Assembly: GCA_963575745.1 (NCBI GenBank)
Contig: CAUYUJ010000243.1
Coordinates: 1 to 64,000 of the forward strand
Direction of reading: 5' to 3'
Length of the DNA: 64,000 nucleotides
From: Prorocentrum cordatum
Taxonomy: Eukaryota
Shown here: positions 19,931 to 31,900 of the stretch, piece by piece
How the letters are laid out: each line of letters opens with the position of its first letter
How positions within the stretch are numbered: the stretch's first letter is position 1
Translations under genes and position numbers: made by a program
Notes under the pieces: model-generated
Seen by the model: the letters and a program-made list of their open reading frames with translations, nothing else
Database searches by the model: none
What the model was told of the DNA's origin: nothing

Positions 19931-22171
19931 CATATGTGCACCCGATACGATTACCCTATAGAAACAGATTGCACGCCCGATATAAATGCGACCATTGTGG
20001 CCCACGGCCAAGACGTCCCCCGCAGTGAGATTACCGATGACGGATCGGACTGATGAGCATGTCATTGCTGTCGGGGCCGCGCCCGGGTACACTGCTAAGA
20101 CGGCTGGTGGCGTAGTCAGCCTCTGAAGCCCTGTGGCGCAGTACTCTGGCATCAAGAACTTCTCGTCTTCAAAAAACGTGAAGGAATGCCGCGGGATTCG
20201 TCGAACCAGCATGGCTTGACCAGCCGCGTCATTTACGAGGTATTTTGCAACAGCCTTGATCTCTTTATGTTTCCTCTCCGTGGCAAACCACGAGAGATTT
20301 ACTTTCTCGGCCTCGATTTGGTCAAATACGTGGTAGAGCTGGTGCACTTTGGGTTTGATAATTGCCAGCCCGTACAACCGAATGAGTCCGCCCGCCGAGG
20401 GCGGCCGTAGCGGGCCGTTGCATTTTCAACACTCGTTGGATATACGTTCGCGCAGGAAAGCGGCGACGGTTGCCCGCCTGGCAGCATCCAGGCCCTCTCC
20501 CTCCCCCGCGCAGGACGGTTGCGACAGTTGCGCGCTTGGTAGCACCCGGGGCTTCGGGCTTCTGTTGTAAAGGATTTCGGGGGCGTCGGTGGATCGCGCC
20601 AGCGTCGCTAGCTTCACGGTGGTGCTGCACCGCCACGCTTCTGAGGCGGCCCACGTGGCTCACAGCGCCGTCCCCGAGGCCTGACGGAATACCGAACATC
20701 CTTCCTCCGCCTCTCCATCCCCTCCTTCTCCTGCCCCCCACCCCCCACTCCCTCCCCCTCTTCCGATTCGCCCCTGGGGCGAATGTGGCGGGCGACTTGG
20801 GGGAGGAGGAAGCCATGATACATGGGGGGTCGTTTCCCTGCAGGCGGCCGAGCAATTGGACTATCTCGCGCAGCAGCTGCAAGCAACCGCGCTCGGCCAC
20901 GAGCAGCCCCATGGGGGCCAGCAGGGTGTCCGAGAACAGGGTCGCCACCTCAACAACCATTAACGTATCGCTTGCAAAGCCTTTCAAGTGCCCACCATTT
21001 TCTGCCAAATGATACTTGAACCACTCCTTGCCCAGGCAAGCCGTTTTGGATGGCCATGCCACCGATCTCTGAAAAGCGTCCAAGTCAGATATGTCAAACA
21101 CTGGTTTGGCATTGCCATCTTTTATTGCCAGCACTCTGTGAAAAAACGAGTTCAGGTGGTATTGCCCAACCCCTCCCGATGCACAGAGCACGTGCATCCA
21201 GTCTTCGTACATGTGCCGCATTGGCTTCACGTGCGCTCTCATCGATGCGTCGAAAATGAGTCCGTGAGGGTCGTATGTTATCCCAGTCGTCTGTTGAAGG
21301 TTTGCGAAATGCGTCTTCAACGAGACGGGCTGTGCCGCGATTATTCTGTCCACTAGATTTTGAAACGACTCGTCGGTATGCATGTCAAACTGGCCAGGAA
21401 CGGCGGTGCAGACGTCCTTGAAGTAGTCGCCCTCCCGTAATCCGCTCACCTCCTGACAACGTTTTGGCACTTGATGCAGGTCCTCGTGCCAGCAGCACTC
21501 CTCAGATTAAACGCATCGGCGTGGGCCTTGTAATCCTGCACGAGGCACAAGAGAACAGCTCTGAACGGCAAGTGCCCAGGGCCGCGCGGTAGCAACAGTC
21601 CATTGCCCAAGTTGTGCGGGCCCACAAACATCCATTTCAGAGTTCGCTTCGCGATCGCAGAAAGCCCCCCAGCGATGTTTTCTTGCATCGTCATAAGTAT
21701 GAACGTCAATGGGAACCACCCTGATTGCCGTGATCGGTACCAGTGTGGAAAACAACTCAGCGTCCAATAAATACATTGAAAGCTCCCCTTGTGATCGTGT
21801 CGGTTAGGGTTCCCTGTGACGCACTCGTCTGTACACAAGACGGCGGACTCGAAATCCGCGCCGATGCCCTGCGCGCAGTTGTCCAGGAACCATGCGAATG
21901 TTGGGAACACCGAGCAGAGGCAGAACAGTAGAGCCGAAGGGCTCACGTAGGTGAATGTGTATTCACCTCCGTTATCCAAGGGAATCGTCTCTTCACTCAC
22001 GAGGTCGCCGACTTGCGTCCACAAGTCTGTCGCGGCCACAAGCTCCTGTCTCATGCGATGTCGCGCGACATTATCGCTCGGCTCCGCCTCGCCAGCAAGG
22101 CGGGCCGCAGCCCGCGCCGAGGCGGGCAGCCGGGCTCCAACAACGCGGGATTTCTTACTTGGTGGTTCCAT
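19886..22171 (-). pseudogene. Intron-containing DNA transposase, CMC (EnSpm/CACTA)/Plavaka-like; frameshift near 21450
   Basis: Motifs LCTDECVTGN, LVQDYKAHADAFNLRSAAGTRTCIKC, YEDWMH, LKGFASDTL and KPKVHQLYH..LSWFATERKHK follow the D..D-CxxC..DxMH..PKxHxxxH..FxxER pattern. An in-frame GC..AG|G intron lies at 20848-20681; a second intron is likely at ~20610-20390. Confidence 0.75.
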
Positions 22172-22203
22172 ATCGAACAACACGCGAGGCTCCAACCTTG
22201 CTT

Positions 22204-22219
22204 CATGAGCCAAAACGGC
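22204..22219 (-). other. Probable relic spliced leader upstream of the transposase
   Basis: GCCGTTTTGGCTCATG matches the SL 3' part GCCATTTTGGCTCAAG at 14/16 positions, ~30 nt upstream of MEPPSKKSR. Confidence 0.55.
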
Positions 22220-22706
22220 CATCGTGGTGGAGGGCGGCGAAGCCTGCCTTTGAGGAGGGAAGAAGAGGCAGGATGAGGAGGATCACTGATATCAAGGAGG
22301 ATCGTTCAAATATGAAGGGCCGCGGGGAGCACGGGGCGCACGAAAGAAGCGACAGCTGCGAGCCTGGCGGCACCGACCCCCCCCGCCCCCCCGCGCAGGA
22401 CAGCGGCAACAGTTGCGCGTCGAGTGAAACTCTTGGCCAATGTTATACATTAAGTGGGCGTCCAGTGGGTGCATTGTACAAATACGTGGATCTACATTAT
22501 ATATGGACCCCGAGGATGTCGCGACACCCTTCGCGCCTAGGGCCCTGGGACAGTTAGCAAGAGGGCAAATTTCATGAGTTTTATGTGCTTGATGTTCCTG
22601 TGACTATACCCGCGCGAAACAGATAGGTTTCAGTTGCGAACAGTTGAGGTTCAGTTGTAGGTGTTCTGTATGTGAGTTGCATCCACTTGTGTAAGTGTCG
22701 CGGAAC

Positions 22707-25700
22707 TCAGATACAAGCGCCCAAGTTCCCCCGCCCACGCAGTTCCCCCTCGATCCCCGGTGAAGGACTTCCTGGCTGACCTTCCCCCGGCCCCTCCTCC
22801 CGCAGTGTGCCGGCGGCAGTTTGGGCGGCGTGGAAGTAGCCACCCAGCATCTCCCCCTCCTCCGAAGTGGCGCTCTGGCTTCCCGCTCCGTCCCTTCCCG
22901 CCTCGAGTGGCGCGTCGGGGACCGGGTTGTCCCCGCCAGCCCGGGCGGCCGCCTCGTTCGGCGCATCCAAGGCCTCCCGGGTAGGGGGAATCAGGTAGCG
23001 GATCTCGCTCTCTTCGTCGGCCAGGCAGGTGTGGTTCTCGTTCAGCACGAAGCCTCCCGGCGGCGCACTCGCCGAGCGAGGCTGCCGGGCTCGGCCTCCG
23101 GTGGCCCCTTCCCTCCCACGCGAAGGGGGGGGCTCCAGCGACGCCTGCCTCGCGGCCGGCCCCGCCTCGTCTTCTTCCGGGTGGGGGCTCAAGGCGGCGC
23201 CCCACTCCAGGGGGTCCACCGGCGGGCTTGATGCTGCCGCCTCCTCCCCCACAGGGAGGGCCTCCTCCGCGTCCACCTCCTGCGCTCCTCCGCTCGTGCG
23301 CGGGTAGGCGCAAAGAAGAGCGCGGCCGAGGAGGGGGGAGGGGCCCTCGGCGGGTGGCTCCCGATTGGCGTTCGGAGGGGGGCGCAGGAACGCGCCGGGC
23401 CCGAGGGGGGGTTCTTCCCACCCACGCCCGCCCCTCGGACGCACGGACCCGGGCCCGGGGAGGGCCCCCCCGCCCCGAGACTGGCAGGGTCCGATCCTCC
23501 CCCGACGAAGGCGCGGGGCAACGATCCGATGGTAGTACTCCGCGGGGTCCTCGACGACGAACGTGCGGGGGATCTTCACGCGGGCTCTCCCGCGCACATC
23601 CGGGGCTGTGGCATAGGCCGTCAGCTCCGGCAGCGCGGTTGGGTGGGAGCCAATCTCGGCCTCCACGGACCGGGGCTCGTCCCGCATCTTCGCCCACCAG
23701 TGCCACGTGAGCTCCTCCCAGACCTCCATCAAGTCGGCGAGGGACAGATACTCCGGCCGGTCTTGATGTTCGCGCAGCAAGAACCGTAAGGCGGTGGTCC
23801 TGGGCAGTGAGTGCTCCTGCCCATAAGTCAGGGCGAACACCCGGATCTGCGTCTGGGCGGCCTCCGCCCACGTGCCAAGGTCTGCGGGGGCCGGCAAGGG
23901 GGGCTCCCTCCTGCGTCCTTCCGCGGCGACGAGGGGCCCGGCGTCCGCGCCCCTTGCGACCGCGAAGTCGGCCACCGTGAGGGCGTTCGGGTCGGCGGGT
24001 CCCGCCTTAGGGGCACCCATCAGGCAGGCCGCCAAACCATGCGCAATCCGGTTGCTGAGCGGGAGGGGCCAGCCGACCCCCTCCAGCAAGGCGAGGGCCC
24101 CCCGGCCATGCCCGCGCAGGGTCAAATAGAGCTCCCGCCCAAGATGGGCAGGCCCCACGGCCACCTGGAAGGCGCCGCATCCCCGCGCGAGGTGGCATAC
24201 CCTCCGCGAGGCCCCTTGGAGGTACATGAGGTTCCCCCCCCCGTCCTCTCCCCTCGCGGGGGGACGGTGCGCCCGCAGGAGCGCGGGAACGGAGGAACCC
24301 TTCCGCTTCCTTTCTCCGGGGACGACGGCCTGAGCCGATTCGGCGGGGGTCCCCTCCACCAGCTGGAGGGCGCGGGGGCTCTCCCCCCGCCTCCATGGGG
24401 GCGTGGGGCGGGGGTCCTGGGGCTTCAGCGGCAGCTTGGGGGAGGCCCCCCGCGGTCGGAGGGCGAGGGCCCGCGCCGCGCCCCCTGCCCTTCCCCATAA
24501 GTCAAGTTGGGCAGTGACCTCCTACAGCCGGGGACGCACCGAGTGGAGGAGGAGCGGATTCTCCAGGTGCTCCCGGGCCTGCTCCAGAATCGCGGTCCGC
24601 ACTCGGTGTGGCTTCCGGCCCACGGCTGCCGCCACCTCCAGCATCTTCGCCCCCGTCGGCTTGCCTGGGGCACCCGCCTGGAGGTGCCTCCCCAGCTCCG
24701 TGCTGTTCGGCTCCATCACCAGCGTTCCCCCCGCTCGGCGCCCCGGGGCGTGGCCCCTCCCCAACCTCAGCAGCTCTTCCTTGCTTGAGGGCGTGTGTAG
24801 CAGGCGGGCGATGCGACCGCCTCGAGGGGGCGGGGAGGCAGATCTTCCCTCCGCGCGCAGGATGGAGCGCGGCTCCCCAAGGGCGTTGTGCAGCGCTTCC
24901 CCTCCCCGAGCTTGCTGCCCGGGAGGGGTAACCCGCGCGTGGGGGTGGGGAGGGCACCTACAGGTCAGGAACTTCGCCCACTGCAGCAGGTCGGCCAGCG
25001 TACAGGGCTTCCCCCCGCCCTCACTTGCTTCCCCCAGCTGGGCATAGGTGGCCTCCGTGATTTCCTGGGCGTCAAATGCGGGGCGGGAGGCGTTGAGGCG
25101 CCCCTCGGAAGAGAGGCTCCAGGGCCCCACCGCCCACAGCGGGAACGCCCGCTCAACCTCCACTCCTGGCATCCAAATCCCCGCCCAGTCCTTCTTCCCT
25201 CCTCTCCCCCGCGCCTCTCCCCGCCCTATCCCTCGGGCAGTAGTGCAAGGGCGGGCGCCTTCCCCGGTGTCGGCGGGCTCGTAGAGGCGGATCAAGTACT
25301 TCCGTCCGACCGTATCCTCCGCCTGGGCGGGGATGGTCGGAGGTGGCGTAGCCCTCCCCTCATTCACGGTCGCGGGGGCCTCCCCATCACCCTCGGGGGG
25401 GCCTTCAGACATGAGTGCGCCCGGGACGCCGTGCGTCAGCTGGTGGCAGCCAGGTCCCACCGGCACGCCAGGGGCGGCCGCGGGGTTAGGGGGCACCTCA
25501 CTGGAGGCGGCCGGCTCCGCAGGCGGGGGGGGAGGAGGCCCCCCGGTTGCCCCCAGTGCGGGCCTCCCCTCCGCAGGGCCCGCAGTGGGGACCGCGGAGG
25601 GCTCAGTGTCCGGCCCGGCATCACTTAGGCGCGCTGGGTCAAGGGGGGACTTGCTAGCATCCGCCCTTCCCTCCCCCTCTCGAGCAGGCTGCGGAGAGGG

Positions 25701-27822
25701 GTTCGCGCGCTTGAGGCAGAGGCGCTTCCCACCGAACCCGGGTTCCCCGATGTGCCAGCAGCCTGGCTCCGAGCACTGGAGGCTCAGGCGGAGGTTGTGG
25801 TACTCCAGGCCGTGGTAGCGGCACAGGCAGGCCATCGGTGCCCCTCCCCCGTTGCGCGGCCATCCCCGGGCGTCGGACGCGGGCCCGTCCTCGATGAGCA
25901 AAGGGGTGGGCTTAGGTCCCCTCCGATCCTCGCAAGTGCCATGCTTCTGGAGGCAACAGTACCCTCCCTTCGCCCACTGCTTCGGCCATGCAGGGTTCCC
26001 AGTCGTCTTCCTCCTGCTGAGGTCCTCGGGGGTTCGCGGTGACCTGGCGCGGCCCCGGCCGGTGCAGGCGGGCCCCCCTCCGGCAACAGCAACAACCCCG
26101 GGCCAGGAAGGAATGGGCGACGCGCTGGACCCCACCCCAGAATGCCCTCCAGGGGGTGCGGAGGCCGGCCAGGAAGGGGCTTCCCAGGTCCCTGTCCTCG
26201 GCGAGGTCGAGGATGGCCTTGGCGTCGACCGCGGTATATTTCCGGAGGTGCATGGCGAAACCGTCCACGCTGGAACAGCTGTCCACGGGTCCCGCCCTGC
26301 AGAGGTGGACCACCTTGGTGTCCGCACCCTCCAGGCGGCGTCGGAGGTCAGGGTCCGTGCAGTCATGCACCCGGGCGTACGGGAAGCCCTGGCCCGCCCG
26401 CTTCTCCTTCCGGATGGGGTCGCCGTACTGCCCTCGATCCAGGCGTGCCCGCTGGCCCCCGACTTCAGCCGCGAGGTGGTTGGGCAGCCTCGGGGGCTGG
26501 TCGCTCCTCCCACGGATGACGCCCTTGAAAAAGTCGTCGTCCACGGGTTGGGCATCGGGCCCCCTCCAGTCGAGGTCGAGGAGGAACCGGCGGTTGTCCT
26601 CCACCCGGGTGCAGAAGTCGCGGAAGGTGGGGGGGCGCCTCAGACGGCGGTAGAACCAGAAAAAAGGGCGGGCCAAGTGGTCGAGGAGGAGAACCAGAAA
26701 GCAGATTCCCATGGCGCCCAGGTAGAAGGAGCCCAGCACGTACACTCCTACCTTAAAGCTCACCCACCTTTCCCCCGCAAAAACGGTCAGGCCGGCATCT
26801 AGCCATCCGTAGGGCCACGCGATGAGGCGGAAGAAGAAGTTGGGGCTTGGGACGCTCCGGACCTCCAGCACCACTTCCCGGCGGCGGCCGGCAAACCAGT
26901 GGTTCTCCCACCAGAGGGTCGCGCCCGCCCCCTCCTGCTCCTCCTCCGCGGGGGTGGGAGAGGCCCACTTCAGCCACTCCACGAACTCCTCCGCGGGGAT
27001 TTGCTTGGACCAGGGTTGCCAGTCCCCCGGCTGCGGAGCGGGGGAGGTGTGCCCCCCGCGGAGGGCCGTGTGCGGCGGGGGGACGGTTCCCGAGCCTGGC
27101 CCCGCAGGTGCGGGTGGTTCGGCGGGGGCGGAGAAGCTCCGCCAGAACGGGGTCGGCGTCCCACCTGGGGTGTTCTTCGGCGGGGTCGGCGAGGGCGTCC
27201 TCACTTCGGCGGGGCCCACCGCCGGCGTGGCAGACGGGGGGGCTGGCGCGCGGGCCCCCCCAAGGGAGTCGCCCCGGCGTCCGGGCGGCACGTCCACGCT
27301 TGTGGGGCTGGCCTGCGGCGATGCCGGGGCGAACGCGAACGACGCGAGTTCCCCCCAGAGGGGGGTAGGCGTGCCACCCGGGGTGCTGCCTTGGGCCGAG
27401 CCTCCCGCCCTGGCGGATCCCCCCGGGATGGGGGAGAGGATGGGAGTCAAAGTAGGGGCGGCGAGGTTGGAGGTGGTGGGGAAGTCCCCTCCCTCCCCGA
27501 GAGATAGCTCGGGGTGGTTCTCGGCCTGGGCGGCGGCCGGGTCTGGGGCTGCGGGGGCGCCCAGCCCAAGGGCCCCCTGTCGAGGGGGAGACTGCTCCTT
27601 GGGGTCACCACCCGGATAATGCTCTAGTGGATCAGGTGGGGCGTCATCCAGCCCGCAGGTGATAGGGTCCCGTGATAGCCAAACGGGGTGCCCGTATCCC
27701 CTCCGCGCCCCGTAGGGCGGGTGGGCCCCTGCGGCGAGACGGCCCACTCCACAGAGGGCCGAGGCGGCCGCAACCAGCGGAACCGCCAGCCAAGCCAGGC
27801 CAAACATGAGTTGAGGGGGCAC
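22707..27822 (-). mobile_element. Decayed, frameshifted polyprotein (ORFs 27822-25912, 26555-24522, 24359-22707); probably ORF1/gag-like part of a retroelement, family unassigned
   Basis: Three end-to-end, intronless minus-strand ORFs over 5 kb. They contain a signal-like N-terminus, a TM-like stretch, Cys/His clusters (CLCRYH..CSEPGC) and a helical block WAEAAQTQIRVFALTYGQEH..VWEELTWHWW. No RT or recombinase motif was seen, so the TE call is inference. Confidence 0.4.
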
Positions 27823-28597
27823 CCCCTCCGCAAAAAGCGCTGCTTAGCCTAAACAGCTGCGGGAGCAGGGGGGGGGAGGGGCGACAGAGCACTACGGCCA
27901 GGGGGGATAAAATCGTTTAGGCGCATGCCAAACGAGACCATTAGAGCATTGTTGGGCAAGGCTATGGGCGAGCCAGGACGCTTCGCCACCGCTTGAACCT
28001 CGACGTTTCCGGCACGCGGCCCCCCGACGCTCCGACCCTCTAACCGGGACCGGCGCCCGCCCCTGCCCCGCGTTTTGCGGACGACCCCGGGGCCCGGCGA
28101 AGGCCCCTGGCAGGCCGAACGCGAAGAACAGCCGCCACCTCGAAGTTTCACGAGCTGAGGTTCGGTCGTTCGGTCGGGCCCCCCAGGGGGAAGAAAAAAA
28201 AAAAAAAAAAAAAAAAAAAACGCATCGCTTACACACCATAGTTTTCCATATATTTCGGAATTTTCCCCCTGTACAAAGGACAAGCAAGCCGGACTTGCAA
28301 CCGAGGAGCAATGACATGGGAGGACCGGCATAATGTTAGCTTCGTGATCAACAAATCCGCGGGGGCGCGCGCGTCAAAAAATGGTTTCCTTGCTCGGGCG
28401 GGTCGCGGGGCGGCGCCTGCCAGATTAGGAAACAACGGCGGCGGCGCCTGTGATTAGCGCCGACGCCCGGGCGCCAGCGAGCACGCGACAGAAACGTCAT
28501 GCAGGTTGCCAACATCCGCGGCGCGGTGGCTCCCCGAGCTCTCCGGGCCCTGGCGCGCGCGATTCAAAAAAATGTCGCGCCCCGCGGGGTGGCGCCT

Positions 28598-28870
28598 CGA
28601 GGAGGAGGGGGAGGAGGAGGAGGAGGAGGAGGAGGAGGAGGAGAGGAGGAAGAGGAGGAGGAGGAGGAGGAGGAGGAGGGGGAGATGGAGGGAGGAGGAG
28701 GAGGAGGAGGAGGAGGAGGAGGAGGAGGAGGAGGAGGGGGAGGAGGAGGAGGGGGGAGGGGGAGGAGGAGGAGGAGGAGGAGGAGGAGGAGGAGGAGGAG
28801 GAGGAGGAGGGGAGAAGGAGGAGGAGGAGGAGGAGGAGGAGGGAGGCGGAGGAGGAGGAGGAGGAGAAGG
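28598..28870. repeat. (GGA)n microsatellite
   Basis: Directly visible. Confidence 0.97.
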
Positions 28871-28958
28871 AACGCTTTGGAACGTTTTGGCAAGCAGCGT
28901 CGTGCAACGAGGCGGGCAGGGCAGAGAGGGAGAGAACAGCAAGCAGGGGCGCAAGTGC

Positions 28959-31900
28959 CTAAGGCACCCCCTTTAATCGGAATCGCTGCTCGGGTCGGCA
29001 GGGAGAGGGACGAGAGGAACCTCGTCCACCGAAACAGGCAAAGCCTTCCCGACACCCTGAGTCACAGACAACTCCGACATGGGATCTCGCGCTCGACCTC
29101 GCTGATCGGACGCAGCAGAAAACCGCGCGTGCCAGGACACTCGCCTCGGACGGGCCTGCGTAGCTCGGGTACAAACCTCGACGAATTCTGGCCAGGCTTT
29201 CAATGCCCTTGCGAGAGGGCGCTTTGCATTCAAGCGCCAACTGGCGCCCGTCCGAAGTCGACGTGCGGCCACACAACTGACAAAAGAACAGACAATGCAA
29301 ATCCCAAAACGCAAGATTGTGGGATGGATGCAAGACCGCTCCAGACACCGCGACGGGCCCAGGGACCACCGCGAAAACGTCCGAGGGGAAGAAGTCCACC
29401 CCAACAGCAGGGATGCATGGCGCCTTGGAGACCTCTAAGAGGTGTTCCTTATCACACAGCACCTCGCAACTCCTGCATCGAAACGCGTTGCCAAAAGTCA
29501 CGAACTTGTGCGGAGAGACGCGAAGCGCCCGATCCAACTTCGAACCCTGCCTCGCTCTCTTCAAGGGCGCCACAGCTGGGCGGGCCTTCCTGGGGTCGGC
29601 CGCTGACGAGTCTATCTGGGCGCGACGCGCTCTCCTTCTAATCAGGGCGGTCTGAGCATCCCAAAAATCAGTTCGAGGGTCCGTGCGGGCCGAAAGGAGC
29701 CAAGAACGCTCCGCGGCCTCTGAGGCCGCGCGGTCCGCAAGTTGATTTCCATATCCGAGGAAAACCTGGTGGGCCGATAGGCCCTCAGCCTCCGTGTCTA
29801 AGTGGGAAGCCGTCAACTCCAAGGTTACTAAACTTTCACCTCGTGAAGCAAGAGCGGTCTTAATTCGGAGCCACAAGTCCCAATTCCGCCCGCCCACCGC
29901 TCTAACCCGACCCCGCCCCCAACCAGTAATCAAGGGAAAGTGGTCCGTGACATAATGAACGGGGCCAGTAGTGCCCTCAAGGCACAAGGCGAAAGCCAAC
30001 AATTCAGAGCGGGGGGCCGTTTGGGTTCTTCCCACTAAAATTCCAGCAACGCCCCCGACCACTTCCCGCGTCGACGTCCCTGGGGTTCTCCTGACAGAAA
30101 CCACAGCCGCGCCACAACGTCGGCGCCGAGGGTCGGAGGAGAACCGTCCTCCAGAGCCGTCACCAAAAGCGACCAGAGGGTCCGGACCGAGCGAGGACAG
30201 GTCGGTCAGGGACGTCGAGCCGAGAGATTCTAAACCCTCCGCTTCGGGTGGGTCCACAAACTCAGGGTGAGTATGGTTGGTCAGGGGAACACCTCTAAGC
30301 CACAAGGCAGGATTCATATCGCAATTAACGAGTGCTTGAGACACAAGGGGAGCGGACAAGGAATAATCCCCATGATCCTTATTACATTCACACTCCCAGA
30401 CCCTGTGCCTCAGGGCCCCAGCCGCCTTCAGACACCTGGAGCATCGCTGCTGCTCCTCCGCGCCCGTCGGGAACTGGCGCACACGAGGCCACTGCGCCCC
30501 AGCAGCCACACATAGTGTCTGGCCAGCCTGGTCGTAGTCCCCGATCTGCGAGAACTTCACGAACTCTCGGCGAGCCCAATAAAGATCAGCCCCTCCAGCG
30601 AGGTCCTCAGCTCCCTCATGCTCCGAAGCTCGAGACCACGACTGAGCATGAAAAACAAGCATAACTTCTTCAATCACACCTCCAACGTCCATCTCATCAC
30701 CAGAAAAACCATCCAAATATGACGCGGGGATCTTCCACTCAGCAAATCCTCCATGCTCTGGGCGCCACCAGGAAGTAGCTGAGGATGGCTTCCAGCCAGC
30801 ACCGAGCAACGTGGCGATCACTGCAGACACTGGCCCCCTGACCAATCCCCAGCGCCCTGCATGTCCCGCAACCTCCACGCGGCGAAGAACTTTCGGCCAG
30901 GATGCCTCAATCCTCTGATGAAATTCAGGGTGAAGGCGCCGGACCGTAAGATGCTCCGCCAGTAGCTGTCGCCTCAGCTCCAAAGCGGGATCTTTTTGAC
31001 CATGCAATATGGCTAACGTACTGGTCAAGCACCTGCCCTTCAACGGCCCGCCCCTGCAGTAGCCGCCTGCCGTCGAAGGCGAAGGAGCTGATATGGTGCA
31101 AGCCCGTGGATTTGGTGTCCGTATGCCGCCTGCGGCAGCGCTCCAGTCTTCCACAGGCCCTGCGAAACCTTGCGGAGCCGCGCATGCCGCCGAAAACGCA
31201 GAAGGCGTGCAGCTCGACGAGCAGCGTTGGTAATGCGCTGGCCAGATTTGCGAACAGTCCTTCGTCCGCCCCTTGCGGCATCAACGCCCGGGTCCACAGC
31301 CTCCAAACAATACTGCGCAGGAGTCGCCTTGCGACGGAGCTGCTTGGCCAACTTCTTGCCCGGGCGGGTCACGTTAGAGATAAGCGCCGTCTTAGTAGAA
31401 ACCACCAGACGCATAGTGTCCAAACCCTGCTTGGAATCAGTGGCAGCAGCAACCATGCGAGTCTTTACTGTAACCTGAGGTCCTTCTGAGCGCAACACGG
31501 TGTCATCAATGAATGTCCAAAAGGTCGTGAAATCGGCTCTGGCCTGAGCACGCTGCAGCAGCGGGCGCAGGAAGAGCTTGGCCGACCTCACCCCATGAGG
31601 GGAGCCCGCCACCAGCGAGCGAGTCGGCAGGATGGCGTCGGATGCTCCCTTCTGGCCTCGAAGAAAGCGGGGCCCAGCACATAGCTGCACTTCCAAGCAT
31701 ACTACAATGGGCAGGTACCCCAGCTGCTGCGCGGCGCAGCCCAAGAGCACCCACGACAGCGAATCATGAAACTTCTCAAAGTCCAGCAACAGCGTGGCCA
31801 CCGTGATGTCAAGGACCGCCGCCGTCTCGTCGAGTAGAGCCCTCAGAAGAGCGGCGCGTACGGCGCTGCTGCCTGCAATAGCAATGTCCCAGTGCGCCTC

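Noticed and set aside
22560..22710. Candidate terminal inverted repeat for the transposase-bearing element
   Set aside because: No matching inverted copy was found in the window.
14720..28150. LRGG (ubiquitin-like C-terminal) motifs in several ORFs as protease sites
   Set aside because: They are expected by chance in GC-rich frames; several lie in likely non-coding ORFs and no ubiquitin fold is evident.
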